NCBI GenBank assembly: GCA_964016885.1
Contig: OZ024744.1
Span: 56,668,001 to 56,732,000 of the forward strand
Length of the DNA stretch: 64,000 nucleotides
Reading direction: 5' to 3'
DNA from: Eledone cirrhosa
Lineage: Eukaryota
Positions 41,096 through 54,000 of this stretch are shown in pieces. A program made the position numbers and the translations under genes. Position 1 is the first letter of the stretch; each line of letters starts with the position of its first letter. The notes under the pieces are model-generated. The model did not search any database, had not been told where the DNA came from, and saw only the letters and a program-made list of their open reading frames with translations.

Positions 41096-41737
41096 TTCAA
41101 AGTAGTCCAACTTATTTTACTAACGGGATAAAAAAATATAAACAGGCCATAGTCCCACAAGCCTCCCTTTATTATAGTAAGATTATTAGCTCATGCTTTT
41201 TTATCATCAATACAAGACTAAAAAACAAATTAAAAACATGATCATAATATTCAGAGTCAATAAAAATCAATGTAGTAAAAACCACGATCATTCAACAAGT
41301 TTCTACATTATTGGAGGGGCCAAAAAGCCCTAAACACCAGAAGGGCTTGTAACTACATCACTGTCCAAGACTTTTTGTGAATTAAGAGCTGCTGTCAAGA
41401 GAAAGAGAGGGAATTCTTTTCATCCCTACCTTTTATAGTGGCTTACTGGAAGTCCCAAATGCTTGTGACATAAAAATGTGGCGGTAGTTTTGAAAAACAA
41501 TAACAAAACACTATTTTGCTATACAAGCATTACCTATTATTTCAGTAATGTGAGCTACCAATAATGAATTATTAGGTGAGTGCATTGGCTTCCCTTATAG
41601 GGGCATGAGATTGAGTGTCTGATCCTTCTCCTACTATTTTTATATAAACTTTTTTATACAAATTGTGTTTATGAATAAATCATGGTTTGGCAATTTACAC
41701 CTCATCAGAGGATCTATTATAAGTTAAAGTAGACAAA

Positions 41738-43005
41738 GGTGATGTCCTCTTCTTAGTGAGACAGCTACAAGGAAAGTTCCTAGCTAAGTGTAAGCTGCTA
41801 TATCTAGCTTTCATAGATCTAGAGAAGGCATTTGACTGGGTACCATAATCTGTCATATCTGTGATCCTTTAGGAAACTAGGTATAGAAGAATGGTTTGAA
41901 AGCAGTGCTATCAGTAAAGAGAGAAGAGATAATGGGTTTAGTAAGGAATTCAGTATGCAAGTAGGTGTTCATTAGGATTCAGTCATCAGCCCACTCCTGT
42001 TTATTATAGTTCTCCAGACCATAACAAAGAAGATAAAGACTAGCTGTCCATGGAAACTTCTATATGCTGATGACCTGGTTCTTATAAGTGAATTGGTGAA
42101 AGAGCTCCAGAAGAAATTCTGGCTTTGGAAACAGAACTTAAAATCAAAAGGACTAAGAGTAAACTTGGGAAAAAGTAGTCTTAGTAAGTAGGAAAAGAAA
42201 CAGGACCCTGATGTTATCAGGGAAGTGGATTTGCTCAATGTGTAGAAAAGGAGTAGATGGAAACTCTATACAATATACACAATACAAATCTTGGGTACAG
42301 AATGTAATGGGATAGCAGGTAGACTAATAGAAAAAATAGACTTTGTATGTAATAGATGTACAGGAATAGTTGGTAGTAAGTGAATCAGTAAAATAGACTT
42401 TTTTCAATCCCAAGAAAGATCCATAGAACTGGTTGATAGCTTCTGCTACCTATGTGATCTAATTAGCAGTGGAGGAAGTGGCACTAAGAGCATAGTAGTT
42501 AGAATAAGAACAGGATGGGAAAAGTTCAGGGACCTACAACCTCTGTTGACAATAAAAGGTTTCTCTGTATGAAAGAAAAGCTGGCTTTATGATACCTGCA
42601 ATGCAAGATGTTGCATAGTAGTAGTAAGACATGAACAGTAAATGCAGAAGATAAGCAAAAGCTGGAGAAAAATGAAGCAAGCATACTTGTGTGCAATATT
42701 AATGTATGTATACAACAAAGCATGAATGAACTGAGAGAGAAACTAGGTATAAAAGGAATCAGATGTTGTGTGTTAGAAAGAAGACTGTACAGGTATGGAC
42801 ATGTGATGCATATAGATAATGATTGGTGGTGAAGGAAGAAGTGTCAAGAGATCCCAGTAAAAGGAAGCTGCAGCAGAGGGAAACCAAGGAAGACCTGTGA
42901 AAGCTTATCTCAAATCGTTGAAGCTCACAGAGAAGAAATGCTGTAGTGGGAGGAGGGATAGTGTGCTGGAAAAGACTCAACCAACTCACTCAAGCATAGG
43001 AAGGA
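41738..43005 (+). mobile_element. Old, heavily decayed RTE LINE (RT to C-terminus)
   Basis: Degenerate coding for LFLVRQLQ..FIDLEKAFD, VGVH..SPLLF, CPWKLLYADDL, FCYL and YGHVM, with many stops. Confidence 0.88.
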
Positions 43006-43007
43006 TA

Positions 43008-44180
43008 TCATAAAATGGAGTTTCTGCCTACTCCTTTCCTACACACTGAGCATGGCCATTTCCCAGATGAGACCAGTGCCCTATTTTCCTTCCTACATAT
43101 TAGAACTTTAGTCTTAGGCAAGTTAATTTTTAGGCCTTTGGATTCTAGGCCCTGCTTCCATGTTTGGAATTTCTTCTCTAGTTCAGCCATTGATTCAGCT
43201 ATGAGTGTTAGATCATTTGCGTATAGAAGTTCCCATGGGAAGCTGGTCTTGAACTCCACTGTTATAGCCTGAAGGGCAACAATAAATAGTAGGGGACTAA
43301 GAACGGAGCCCTGATGAACACCAACTTTTACACTAAACTCTTCACTATATTCGTTGTTAATTCTAACCTTGCTGACTGTTTCTTTATACATGGCTTGTAT
43401 AGCTCTCACAAGCCATTCATTAACACCTAGTTTTCTAAGGGCCCACCAGATAATGGAGCAGGGGACTCTGTCAAAGGCTTTCTCCAAGTCTACAAAAGCT
43501 AAGTATAGGGGTTTACTTTTAGCTAGGTACTTCTCCTGTAGTTGTCGTACAATGAAAAGAGTGTCTGTGGTACTTTTACCTGACACAAACCCGAACTTCA
43601 TTTCGTCTAGATCAATTCGTTCTCTGATTAGTTGCGTTATTACTTTTTCTGTGACCTTCATGACCTGGTCAATTAATTTAATGCCTCTATAGTTTCCCCT
43701 ATCTAGGGCATCTCCTTTACCCTTGTAGCAGTTAATGATGATGCTGCTATGCCAGTCCTTTGGTACGACCCCATTCTGTATGACTTGGTTGACTATCCTG
43801 GTCATCATAGTGTGTCCCACCGGTCCAGTTGCTTTCAGCATTTCAGCAACTATTTACGAAGGCCCAGCCGCCTTGCCTGTCTTCATATCTTTGATTGCCT
43901 TACTTATTATACTACCTTCAACTTGCACTGCTGGTCCCTCTATTGGGTCGATGTGGGGAGACTGTCTTTCTCCCATTTATTCTCCTCATTTAGTAGCCTT
44001 TCGTAGTGACCCTTCCAAGCTACCTTCTTATCAGTGTCAGTGATGGCAAGTACACCATCATCATTACAGACACACTTCTCCCCGACAATATTACGGTTCT
44101 CCTTGACACATTGTCTAGCAATCCTGAACACCTAGTGTTTTTGGTCCTCACGTTGTAGAACATGCTTGAACTTTTTTTCC
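43008..44180 (-). mobile_element. RTE family-A-related internal fragment
   Basis: ORFs 43940-44131 and 43008-43841 ([27 protein letters not shown]), ending inside the PHD finger. Confidence 0.92.
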
Positions 44181-44618
44181 TTAACAAATCATATAGAGTT
44201 ACAGACCAGGTGAGAAAAAATATTGTACAGAACTAAATTATGTGAATAAGTGCACTTATTCACAAATGTCTCTCCGCCAACCACGTAATTATGTATATTA
44301 TACTATGTTCAATATTTTATATTGAAGTATTATATCATTCCACTCTTTGTAAACGTACTACTGATCTTTATTATTTACCGATTATTAAATGTACCATTAT
44401 GCTATGTTAAATTTTGTAAATTCTGTAATATGTTTGTATTTTTATAATTTTTGTAATGTTTGGATAATATTTATTTACACCAATTGTATAGAAATTTGAC
44501 ATCCATCTGTTTTTCTTGCAATGGTTTTGATATTTTTCCAACATAATTTTTCCAACATAATTTAGTTCTGTACAATAGTTTTTCTCACCTGGTCTGTAAC
44601 TCTATATGATTTGTTAAG
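44180..44618. repeat. ~64-bp inverted repeat pair (44180-44243 / 44555-44618) around an AT-rich spacer
   Basis: CTTAACAAATCATATAGAGTTACAGACCAGGTGAGAAAAAATATTGTACAGAACTAAATTATGT and its reverse complement, with one mismatch seen. Confidence 0.85.
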
Positions 44619-44946
44619 TTATATGCCATTATACTTTAATATTGTTATTATAGTGTTATTGTAACATCTATATTGTTTGTGCAAATTAACCGGAGATTAT
44701 CTATTATATAATTATATAGTTTTATTATATATTATATGTTTACTTTTAATCTTTTATTCTTCATTTATTCTTCATTTTATACTGTAAATAATATATGTAT
44801 TATATTTTTATCCTTATTTTTATCTTTATTTTTATTCTTATTATTATTATTATTCTTATTTATATATAAACTCTTAATAAGGGTTAGTTTGTGCTTGGAT
44901 TGATGGAAATGTGTATTGATATATATGTATATGTGTGTACATGTGT

Positions 44947-45368
44947 ATCATCATCATCATCATCATCATTTTACGTCCGCTTTTCCCTGCTTGCAAGGGT
45001 GGGACGGGTCTTATTCAGCACAGCATCTCTCCACTCGTCACGGTCCCTCGTCATCTCCACCGTGAGCTTCAATGATCTGAGGTCTGTTCTCACCACCTCC
45101 GCCCATGTTTTTCGTGGTCTACCTCTACCACGTCTTCCTTCAACTGGCATTTCCTGGCACTTCTTCACCCATCGGTCATCCTCCATGCGCATCACATGTC
45201 CATACCACCTCAGTCTCCTCTCCCGTACACTACATTCTATCCCTCTCAGACACAGTTTCTCTCTCAACACATTTATGCTGGGTCGTTCACGCACATTTAC
45301 ACTGCACATCCAACGGAGCATGCTTGCCTCATTTCTCTCCAGCCGTCGCATATCTTCTGCGGTAGGAG
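44947..45368 (-). mobile_element. RTE LINE family C, 5'-truncated 3' end; ORF runs into the terminus
   Basis: [48 protein letters not shown], followed directly by (GAT)n. Confidence 0.92.
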
Positions 45369-45646
45369 TATATATATATATGTATATTGGGCCTTTTAGT
45401 ATTATTATTATTATTATCAATTATATTATATTATATTATATTATGTATAGTGCAATAATTCCCGCTCTATACTACCACCTTTGTTTAGCTTTAGTTTTTT
45501 GCATTGGACTATATTTGTAATATGGTTCAAAATGTTATTCACTTCCTTAGCAATTTTTACTTGATATTTTCCTATGCTTTAATGTTTGTACACTCCATAT
45601 TCTTCTGAGTTTTTTGGCTTGTATTGGCCGATAGTGCTTCTTATAG

Positions 45647-45700
45647 CTTTAATTGCCCTGATGAGTCCTTAATAGGACGAAACATTGTTGGCTAATAAAG
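45647..45700 (+). ncRNA. Canonical-core hammerhead ribozyme motif (probable PLE pseudo-LTR remnant ~45390-45842)
   Basis: GCC CUGAUGA (45658-45664) GUCC uuaaua GGAC GAAA C auu G UU GGC. Stem I extends with CUUUA/UAAAG. Confidence 0.8.
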
Positions 45701-45854
45701 ACTTTTGATGTATTGAAGGCTTCTTTGGTTTATTTTCATAATTCTTCAGCTCTGTTTAATTACATTGAGCTATACTTTTACTGTCATTTCTATAATACGA
45801 AGAGGGTGTGTAACTCCAACACACTCTAGTATTTTAATTCTTATATATATATAT

Positions 45855-46224
45855 AAAAGCCGACCTTGCCCAATTACACCTCTCAAAGGTGATGACACAC
45901 GACTGTGACCTCTGGCGTCACGCAGTAATACAGAGTACACGACCTCCCATGGGTACAAGCTGAAGCATATAGACAATATGCCCCCACACCCTCCCACTGC
46001 AAGGTGGTTGTGGAGGTGCCACAGCAAAAAAGCACCCAGCCCACACTGTAAATGAGGTTGGTGTTAGGAAGGGCATCCAGCTGTAGAAATCAAGCCAAAA
46101 TCAGTTCCTGTATGAGCAAGGCATGGTCAGCCGACCAGACACTGCCCACAACAGGACAACCCGTCTAACCCATGCTAGCATGGAAGAACGGACGTAAAAC
46201 GGTGATGATGATGATGATGATGAT
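45855..46224 (+). mobile_element. RTE family B 3'-end fragment
   Basis: AAAGCCGACCTT..CCCATGGGTACAAGCTGA..GGACGTAAAACGGT(GAT)n, with short TA runs on both sides. Confidence 0.92.
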
Positions 46225-46747
46225 ATATATATATAAGAAAATCATCTCAGCTGTACAGATGTCTTCATTGAGATTATAAATATATCTACAATCTACAATG
46301 GACAGATTATTTATTGAAGGAAATATTTCAGATTTGAATATACAAGTTTTTCAAAGCTGTTTACAAAAATTCTGTAACAAAGTCCCTTTCATCACCATAT
46401 TTCTAATGAAAGATGCTACTTATGATTTTCAAATTATTTTGAAAATAACCCAACAATCGTTCTTACATAAGATTATGATGGGAGGTTTCCACATAAATAT
46501 AAACAAGACAGATAGTTTTGTATCATAGAAGCAGAGAGAGAGTTTCTGGTGGGTTGGTATCAAAAGTGTTAAAACACTACCCAAGAGTGAGTTTCTAAGC
46601 TATGTAACTTTCATATATTTTTTATTAAATTTCTTCCAGTTTCGACTATGAGTGTTCCAGTTGTACCATCAATGGTACAGCCTGCTCTTGAAATTGACAT
46701 GTAAGTGGCTGAGTATATAATTCTCAGGGAGATTCAGAGTAGTATAA

Positions 46748-46968
46748 CCCTTTAGCATTTAAAGCAGCCATATCCAGCCAAAATTCTTTCACCCCTTTCT
46801 GTTCAAACCAGTCATAATTGGCTGCTCATACTTATGTTAAGGTATTGTTCTCAAAATAAATAACATCAAAATCTCATTGCTTTGATATTAAGTGAGATAT
46901 TATTTTGAGATAAAGGCTTTACCACAAAAATACATTGGTTGATATAGAATAATGTAAATGTTAAAGGT
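46748..46968. mobile_element. piggyBac-type MITE, copy 1 (ATAA flanks)
   Basis: TIRs CCCTTTAGCATTTA / TAAATGTTAAAGGT, with ATAA at 46744-46747 and 46969-46972. Interior is homologous to 48504-48727. Confidence 0.8.
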
Positions 46969-47227
46969 ATAATATGTGACAATGCTGGCCATTTGAATTA
47001 CAAGTATAGTCTATGCAACAGACTTGAAAACTGTTTCCATCTACTCAGTTTAACTTACAAGGAAGGAGTCAAGCTGAGGCTGTAGTAAATAACATATGAC
47101 ATACAGTGGAATGAAACTCAGAATCTGATGACTGTCATGCAAACTTCTTAACCTTCAGAAATGCTGCATCCACTAATTTTTACAGAAAGAATGAATGTTC
47201 AGTTTTCCTAAGTTTCTTCTTCTTTGT

Positions 47228-47515
<288 letters not shown>

Positions 47516-48037
47516 ATAGTTAACATGATGATAGCATTAGTTTTAGTAACAGTATTAATGTAGTGTTACCATGAGCAATCAACTCTTCTTATCATCCTTT
47601 ATCATCCAAGGGAAGATATTGTTTCACATGCACAGTCAATGGTAACATTTAATGACACAGAAATTTGACATGTCATCTTTAGTAAAATCATGTTTAGACT
47701 AAACCAGTGGTTTTGTCATAGGGAAAGGAGGGGGCAGCATGAGAGGATTGAAAAATGGGCGGGACAAATTCTCACACTTAACATTCTGGATTGTATGAAA
47801 TCATTTAGGCAAAAACATTCTTGAAAAGTATAGAACAAAACTATGACTGCATCACATTAAAAATTAAAGTCCTTACACTAATATTACTAATTTTCACAAC
47901 AATCTGTCCATTAGTAGAGATTATAAAAACATTTGAATTAACAAACCTACTTTTAGAAATTTTCTGCAAAATTGTTACTGCATATTAAGAGTTAATAAAA
48001 TTAATGTTTTTTTTTTAACCATAATTCTATTATAATG

Positions 48038-48330
48038 TCATCATCATCATCATCAATATCGTTTTATGTCTATTTTCCATGCTTGCATGAGTTAGACTGG
48101 CTAAACTCATCAGGTGACCATATCTTACTCATACATTCCTTTTGACTTCATTTCTATGGCTGGATTACTTTTCTACTGCCAACAATCTTACAGTATGTAG
48201 TGAGTACGTTTTATTGTGACACTAGCATTCCCACTTTACAGAGTGAACTGGGTGCTTTTTATCATGGTACCAGCATTACCATTTAACAGAGTGGGCTGAA
48301 AGCATTTATTGGTGCAATGGCACTATAACT
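48038..48330 (-). mobile_element. Old RTE terminus / 3'-UTR remnant
   Basis: (CAT)n then CGTTTTATGTCTATTTTCCATGCTTGCATGAGTTAGAC; further on TTTCTATGGCTGGAT..CACTTTACAGAGTGAACTGGGTGCTTTTT. Confidence 0.65.
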
Positions 48331-48503
48331 TTATAAATTAGAGTATTTGTTGTGTCATCAGCCAGGCTAATGACATGACACAAGTAGAGGTGTAGGATGA
48401 GAGGGGGGAGGGGCAAGATACATTTGCTTGCCTGGGAGGGAGTCATTCTTTAGTAGGAGATGGTGTGTGGAAAGTAAGCGTTGGGTCATGGGGATAGCCT
48501 TAA

Positions 48504-48727
48504 CCCTTTAACATTTAAACCGGCCATATCTGGCCAGAATTCTCTCACCTCTTTCTGTTCAAACTGGCTGTAACTGGCCGTTCATACTTATGTTAAGGTA
48601 TTATTGTTCACAAAATAAATAATATCAAAACCTCATAGTTTCGATATTATGTGAGACAATTATGTGAGATAAAGCCTTTACCGTGAAAATATAATAGTAT
48701 ATATAGAGTAATGTAAATGTTAAAAGA
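48504..48727. mobile_element. piggyBac-type MITE, copy 2 (TTAA target-site duplication)
   Basis: TTAA (48500-48503), CCCTTTAACATTTA ... TAAATGTTAAAAGA, TTAA (48728-48731). Confidence 0.85.
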
Positions 48728-48849
48728 TTAAAGAGAAAAAAGTAACATCTGGCAACTATATAGAATAATGAATATTTATGCTAGAACACAGCGTATATAT
48801 TTGAAGGTTTAGAGTAAACTTAAGGTAGATATAACTATTGTTTTTGCAA

Positions 48850-49045
48850 TTAGCCTGTGGCGTTCAAGACGTTTGGTGGAGCTGGGCTGCTGACAGAGAA
48901 ATTCTTGTCATTGCTGGTGGCTCGCCTTATTGAGGTGTCAAGTGATGCCCATGAGGGAATCTGGTTGTTTCAGCACCTTAATCTTGCCATCACCCATGGC
49001 AATGCTGCAAGTGTATTGGCTTATGTCAAAGTGTTTAGTTAACCC
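48850..49045 (+). pseudogene. C-terminal fragment of a CRE-like (RLE-type) non-LTR retrotransposon ORF
   Basis: PVAFKTFGGAG...WLFQHLNLAITHGNAASVL resembles the P-x-A-x-E-T-x-G ... FQRLS-x-AIQRGNA C-terminus of CRE-clade elements, recalled from family knowledge and not searched. Confidence 0.65.
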
Positions 49046-49571
49046 TTATGATGTTCTGTGTGGCCGATTATCGCACTTGGTGAATTGATGGTTGTTTTTG
49101 TTTTCACTCCCTGCCTTTTTTTCTCTCTTTTATGCATTTATATTTGTGTTTATCAATGACATTATATTTGTAATGTTATTCTGAATGAATCTGAGCAATT
49201 TATAATGTTATTTACACATTTGTAATGTTCTTTTAATAGTTTATTAGATACCACTCATTTTTTTTATTTATATATAATTTGTAATGTTATTTATTAGAAA
49301 CCTTAGATGTGAAAAGAATGAACTGTAAAGTGTAAACACTTTCAAATATTCCTCCATACAGTTAGTCCATTCTATTCACAGCTAAGTCTTCTAATTCAAG
49401 AATGGTGGTTATATCTACCTTGAGTTTACCCTAAACTGTTTTATTATAATAATTCTACGTTGTCTTCTCCTTAATAAAAAGGTGAAGGTCTGTAAGGACT
49501 GAAAAGGAGGTGGACAAATTAACATATTTAATAAAATCAATATCATATTACAATGTTGTATTATAATTTAA

Positions 49572-49740
49572 AAGTGTGGTCTTGTTGTTAAGGTGTTGAG
49601 CACACAATCCTAAGGTCATGAATTTGATCTGTATCCTTGAGGAAGACATTTTGTTTCATGTTGCTCCAGTCTGGTCAGCTGATATAAATTAGTTGCGATG
49701 ACACTGGTGCCAAGATGTGTTGGACTTTACCCTTTCCCAT
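49572..49740 (+). mobile_element. Degenerate CORE-type SINE
   Basis: ATCCTTGAGGAAGACATTTTGTTTCATGTTGCTCCAGTCTGGTCAGCTG matches the SINE central region at 31420-31470. Confidence 0.6.
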
Positions 49741-49824
49741 AAATAAATACCATATATAGTGTATATATAGGGTATATAGTGTATATATATAGTGTATATA
49801 ATGTATATATATATATATATACTA

Positions 49825-50128
49825 TGAAGGTGCATGGCTTAGTGGTTAGAGCATCAAACTTACAATTGTGTGGTTCTGAGCTTGATTCTCAGACCGGGCT
49901 TTGAGTTGTGTTCTTGAACAAAACACTTTATTTCATGCTGCTCCAGTTCAATCAGCTGTAGAAATGAGTTGCGACATTACTGGACAACATCGGTGGCATG
50001 GTATGTATGGAGACTGGTATGTATGGGCAATTGCTGGTCTTCCACAAACAACCTTGCCCGGACTTATTTATGCCTGAGGGGAACTTTCTAGATGCAGATC
50101 CCATGGATCCCATGACCGAAAAAGTCTA
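49825..50128 (+). mobile_element. tRNA/CORE-type SINE with a different 3' half
   Basis: Head and CORE are homologous to 31335-31478 (TGGCTTAGTGGTTAGAGCAT..TTCTCAGACCGGG..ACACTTTATTTCA..CAGCTGTAGAAATGAG). Sequence after that is unrelated to the RTE tail. Confidence 0.75.
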
Positions 50129-50188
50129 TATATAATTTAAATAGTATATCATCATCATATAATGTATAAACCAGTTTCTAATGAAATA

Positions 50189-50286
50189 CAGTGGAAACTC
50201 AGTTCACAAACTTAATTCATTCCTGAAGGCCATTCGTAACCCAAAATGTTCATAAACTGAAACTATTTTTCCTCATACAAAATATT
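50189..50286. mobile_element. Possible Tc1/mariner (Tigger/pogo-like) terminal fragment
   Basis: TA then CAGTGGAAACTCAGTTCACAAACTTAATTCATTCC..TTCGTAACCCAAA, resembling Tigger-type ends. No partner TIR found. Confidence 0.45.
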
Positions 50287-50608
50287 GAGAGAGAAAGACT
50301 GTGTGTGAAAGGCAGATAGCTATCACTATAGTAACTAACTACGCAGCAAGTGATGCTTCCCTCCAGATCCAATCAAATCAATTTAAGATGGTAACTCCTG
50401 ATAGGACCTTCTGGAATACCTTTCTGAGAACTCTGTCCCAATGACTCTCCCGAGAATATGTAGGTAAGGATGAATAAAATTGGTGACTAAGAGAAGGGGG
50501 AATTGCATACACAAAAATACTTTAAAATTTTAAGATATAAATAGATCCATGATCTCACAAGACATATAGATGCTCCAAATAACAAGTTCAATAGAAGAAA
50601 TGCACTGC

Positions 50609-50639
<31 letters not shown>

Positions 50640-50685
50640 ACATAAATATAATCATCATAGACACCAGCATCATGATTATCATAAC

Positions 50686-50749
<64 letters not shown>

Positions 50750-51019
50750 CGGTGGCAGCGATGGCAGTGGAGTGGTGGGGGTTATGGGGGAGGGGGAGTT
50801 GTGGTGATAGTTTTGTTGTTGTTGTTGGTGGAGGTGGTGGTGGTAGTAGTAGTAATAGTGGTAACAGAAGCAGTGGGAGCTGCAGCAGCAGCCACAGCAC
50901 CAGTAGTGGTAGCAGCAGCACACCCACCATCATCACCAACAAGACCAGAATTACCAACACCACCATCACCAACATCAACCAACGCCACTACCAACGCCAC
51001 CAGAACCACCAACATCACC
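50609..51019. repeat. Compound trinucleotide low-complexity region (CAT, TAG, TGG, TTG, CAG, CAC)
   Basis: Seen directly; G-rich triplets switch to C-rich triplets near 50915. Confidence 0.9.
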
Positions 51020-54000
51020 AACGCTACCAACACTACCAACACTACCAACACTACCAACACTACCAACTACCAACATTACCAACACTACCAACACTACCCA
51101 CACTACCCACACTACCAACACTACCAAAACCACCAATACTACCAACACTACCCACACTACCAACACTACCAACACTACAAACACTACCAACACTACCCAC
51201 ACTACCCACACTACCAACACTACCAACACTACAAACACTACCAACACTACTAACACTACCCACACTACCAACACTACCAACACTACCAACACTACCAACA
51301 CTACCAACACTACCAACACTACTAACACTACCCACACTACCAACACTACCAACACTACCAACACTATCAACACTATCAACACTACCAACACTATCAACAC
51401 TACCAACACTACCAACACTATCAACACTACCAACACTGCCAACACTACAAACACTACCCACACTACCAACACTATCAACACTACCCACACTACCAACACT
51501 ACCAACACTACCAACACTACCAACACTACCCACACTACCAACACTACCAACACTACCAACACTACCAACACTACCAACACTATCAACACTACCAACACTA
51601 CCAACACTACAAACACTACCAACACTACTAACACTACCAACACTACCAACAATACCAACACTACCAACACTATCAACACTACCCACACTGCCAACACTAC
51701 CAACACTACCAACACTACCCACACTACCAACACTACCAACACTACCCACACTACCAACACTACCAACACTACCAACACTACCAACACTACCAACACTACC
51801 AACACTACCAACACTACCAACACTACCCACACTACCAACACTATCAACACTACCCACACTACCAACACTACCAACACTACCAACACTACCAACACTACCA
51901 ACACTACCCACACTACCAACACTACCAACACTACCAACACTACCAACACTACCCACACTACCAACACTACCAACACTACCAACACTACCAACACTACCAA
52001 CACTACCAACACTACCAACACTACCCACACTACCAACACTACCAACACTACCAACACTACCAACACTACCAACACTACCCACACTACCCACACTACCCAC
52101 ACTACCAACACTACCCACACTACCAACACTACCAACACTACCAACACTACCAACACTACCAACACTACCAACACTACCAACACTACCCACACTACCAACA
52201 CTACCAACACTACCAACACTACCCACACTACCCACACTACCCACACTACCAACACTACCCACACTACCAACACTACCCACACTACCAACACTACCAACAC
52301 TACTAACACTACCAACACTACCAACACTACCAACACTACCAACACTACCAACACTACCAACATTATCAACACTACCAACACTACCAACACTACTAATACT
52401 ACCAACACTATCAACACTACCCACACTACCAACACTACCCACACTATCAACACTACCAACACTACCAACACTACCAACACTACCCACACTACCCACACTA
52501 CCAACACTACCAACACTACCAACACTACCAACACTACCAACACTACCCACACTACCAACACTACCCACACTACCCACACTACCCACACTACCAACACTAC
52601 CCACACTATCAACACTACCAACACTACCAACACTACCAACACTACCAACACTACCAACACTACCCACACTACCCACACTACCCACACTACCAACACTACC
52701 CACACTACCAACACTACCAACACTACCAACACTACCAACACTACCAACACTACCAACACTACCAACACTACCAACACTACCCACACTACCAACACTACCA
52801 ACACTACCAACACTACCAACACTACCAACACTACCAACACTACCCACACTACCAACACTACCCACACTACCAACACTACCAACACTACCAACACTACCAA
52901 CACTACCAACACTACCAACACTACCAACACTACCAACACTACCAACACTACCCACACTACCAACACTACCAACACTACCAACACTACCAACACTACCAAC
53001 ACTACCAACACTACCCACACTACCAACACTACCCACACTACCAACACTACCAACACTACCAACACTACCCACACTACCCACACTACCCACACTACCAACA
53101 CTACCAACACTACCCACACTACCAACACTACCAACACTACTAACACTACCAACACTACCAACACTGCCAACACTACCAACACTACCAACACTACCAACAC
53201 TACCAACACTACCCACACTACCAACACTACCAACACTACCAACACTACTCACACTATCAACACTACCCACACTACCAACACTACCAACACTACCAACACT
53301 ACCCACACTACTAACACTACCAACACTACCAACACTACCAACACTACCAACACTACCAACACTACTAACACTACCAACACTACTAACACTACCAACACTA
53401 CCAACACTACCAACACTACCAACACTACCAACACTACTAACACTACCAACACTACCAACACTACCAACACTACCAACACTACCAACACTACTAACACTAC
53501 CAACACTACTAACACTACCAACACTACCAACACTACCAACACTACCAACACTACCAACACTACCAACACTACCAACACTACCCACACTACCCACACTACC
53601 AACACTACCAACACTACCCACACTACCAAAACTACCAACACTACCCACACTACCAACACTACCAACACTACCAACACTACCAACACTACCAACATTATCA
53701 ATACTACCAACACTACCAACACTACCAACACTACCAACAGTACCAACAGTACCCACACTACCAACACTGCCAACACTACCAATACTACCAATACTACCAA
53801 CACTACCAACACTACCAACACTACCAACACTACCAACAGTACCAACACTACCAACACTACCAACACTACCAACACTACCAACACTACCAACACTACCAAC
53901 ACTACCCACACTACCAACACTACCAACACTACCAACACTACCAACACTACCAAAATTATCAATACTACCAACACTACCAACACTACCAACACTACCAACA

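Noticed and set aside
41670-41712. Possible HHR on the minus strand (CUGAUGA GGU..GCC AAA CCAUG)
   Set aside because: The G of GAAA is missing and stem I is not evident; at best a decayed motif.
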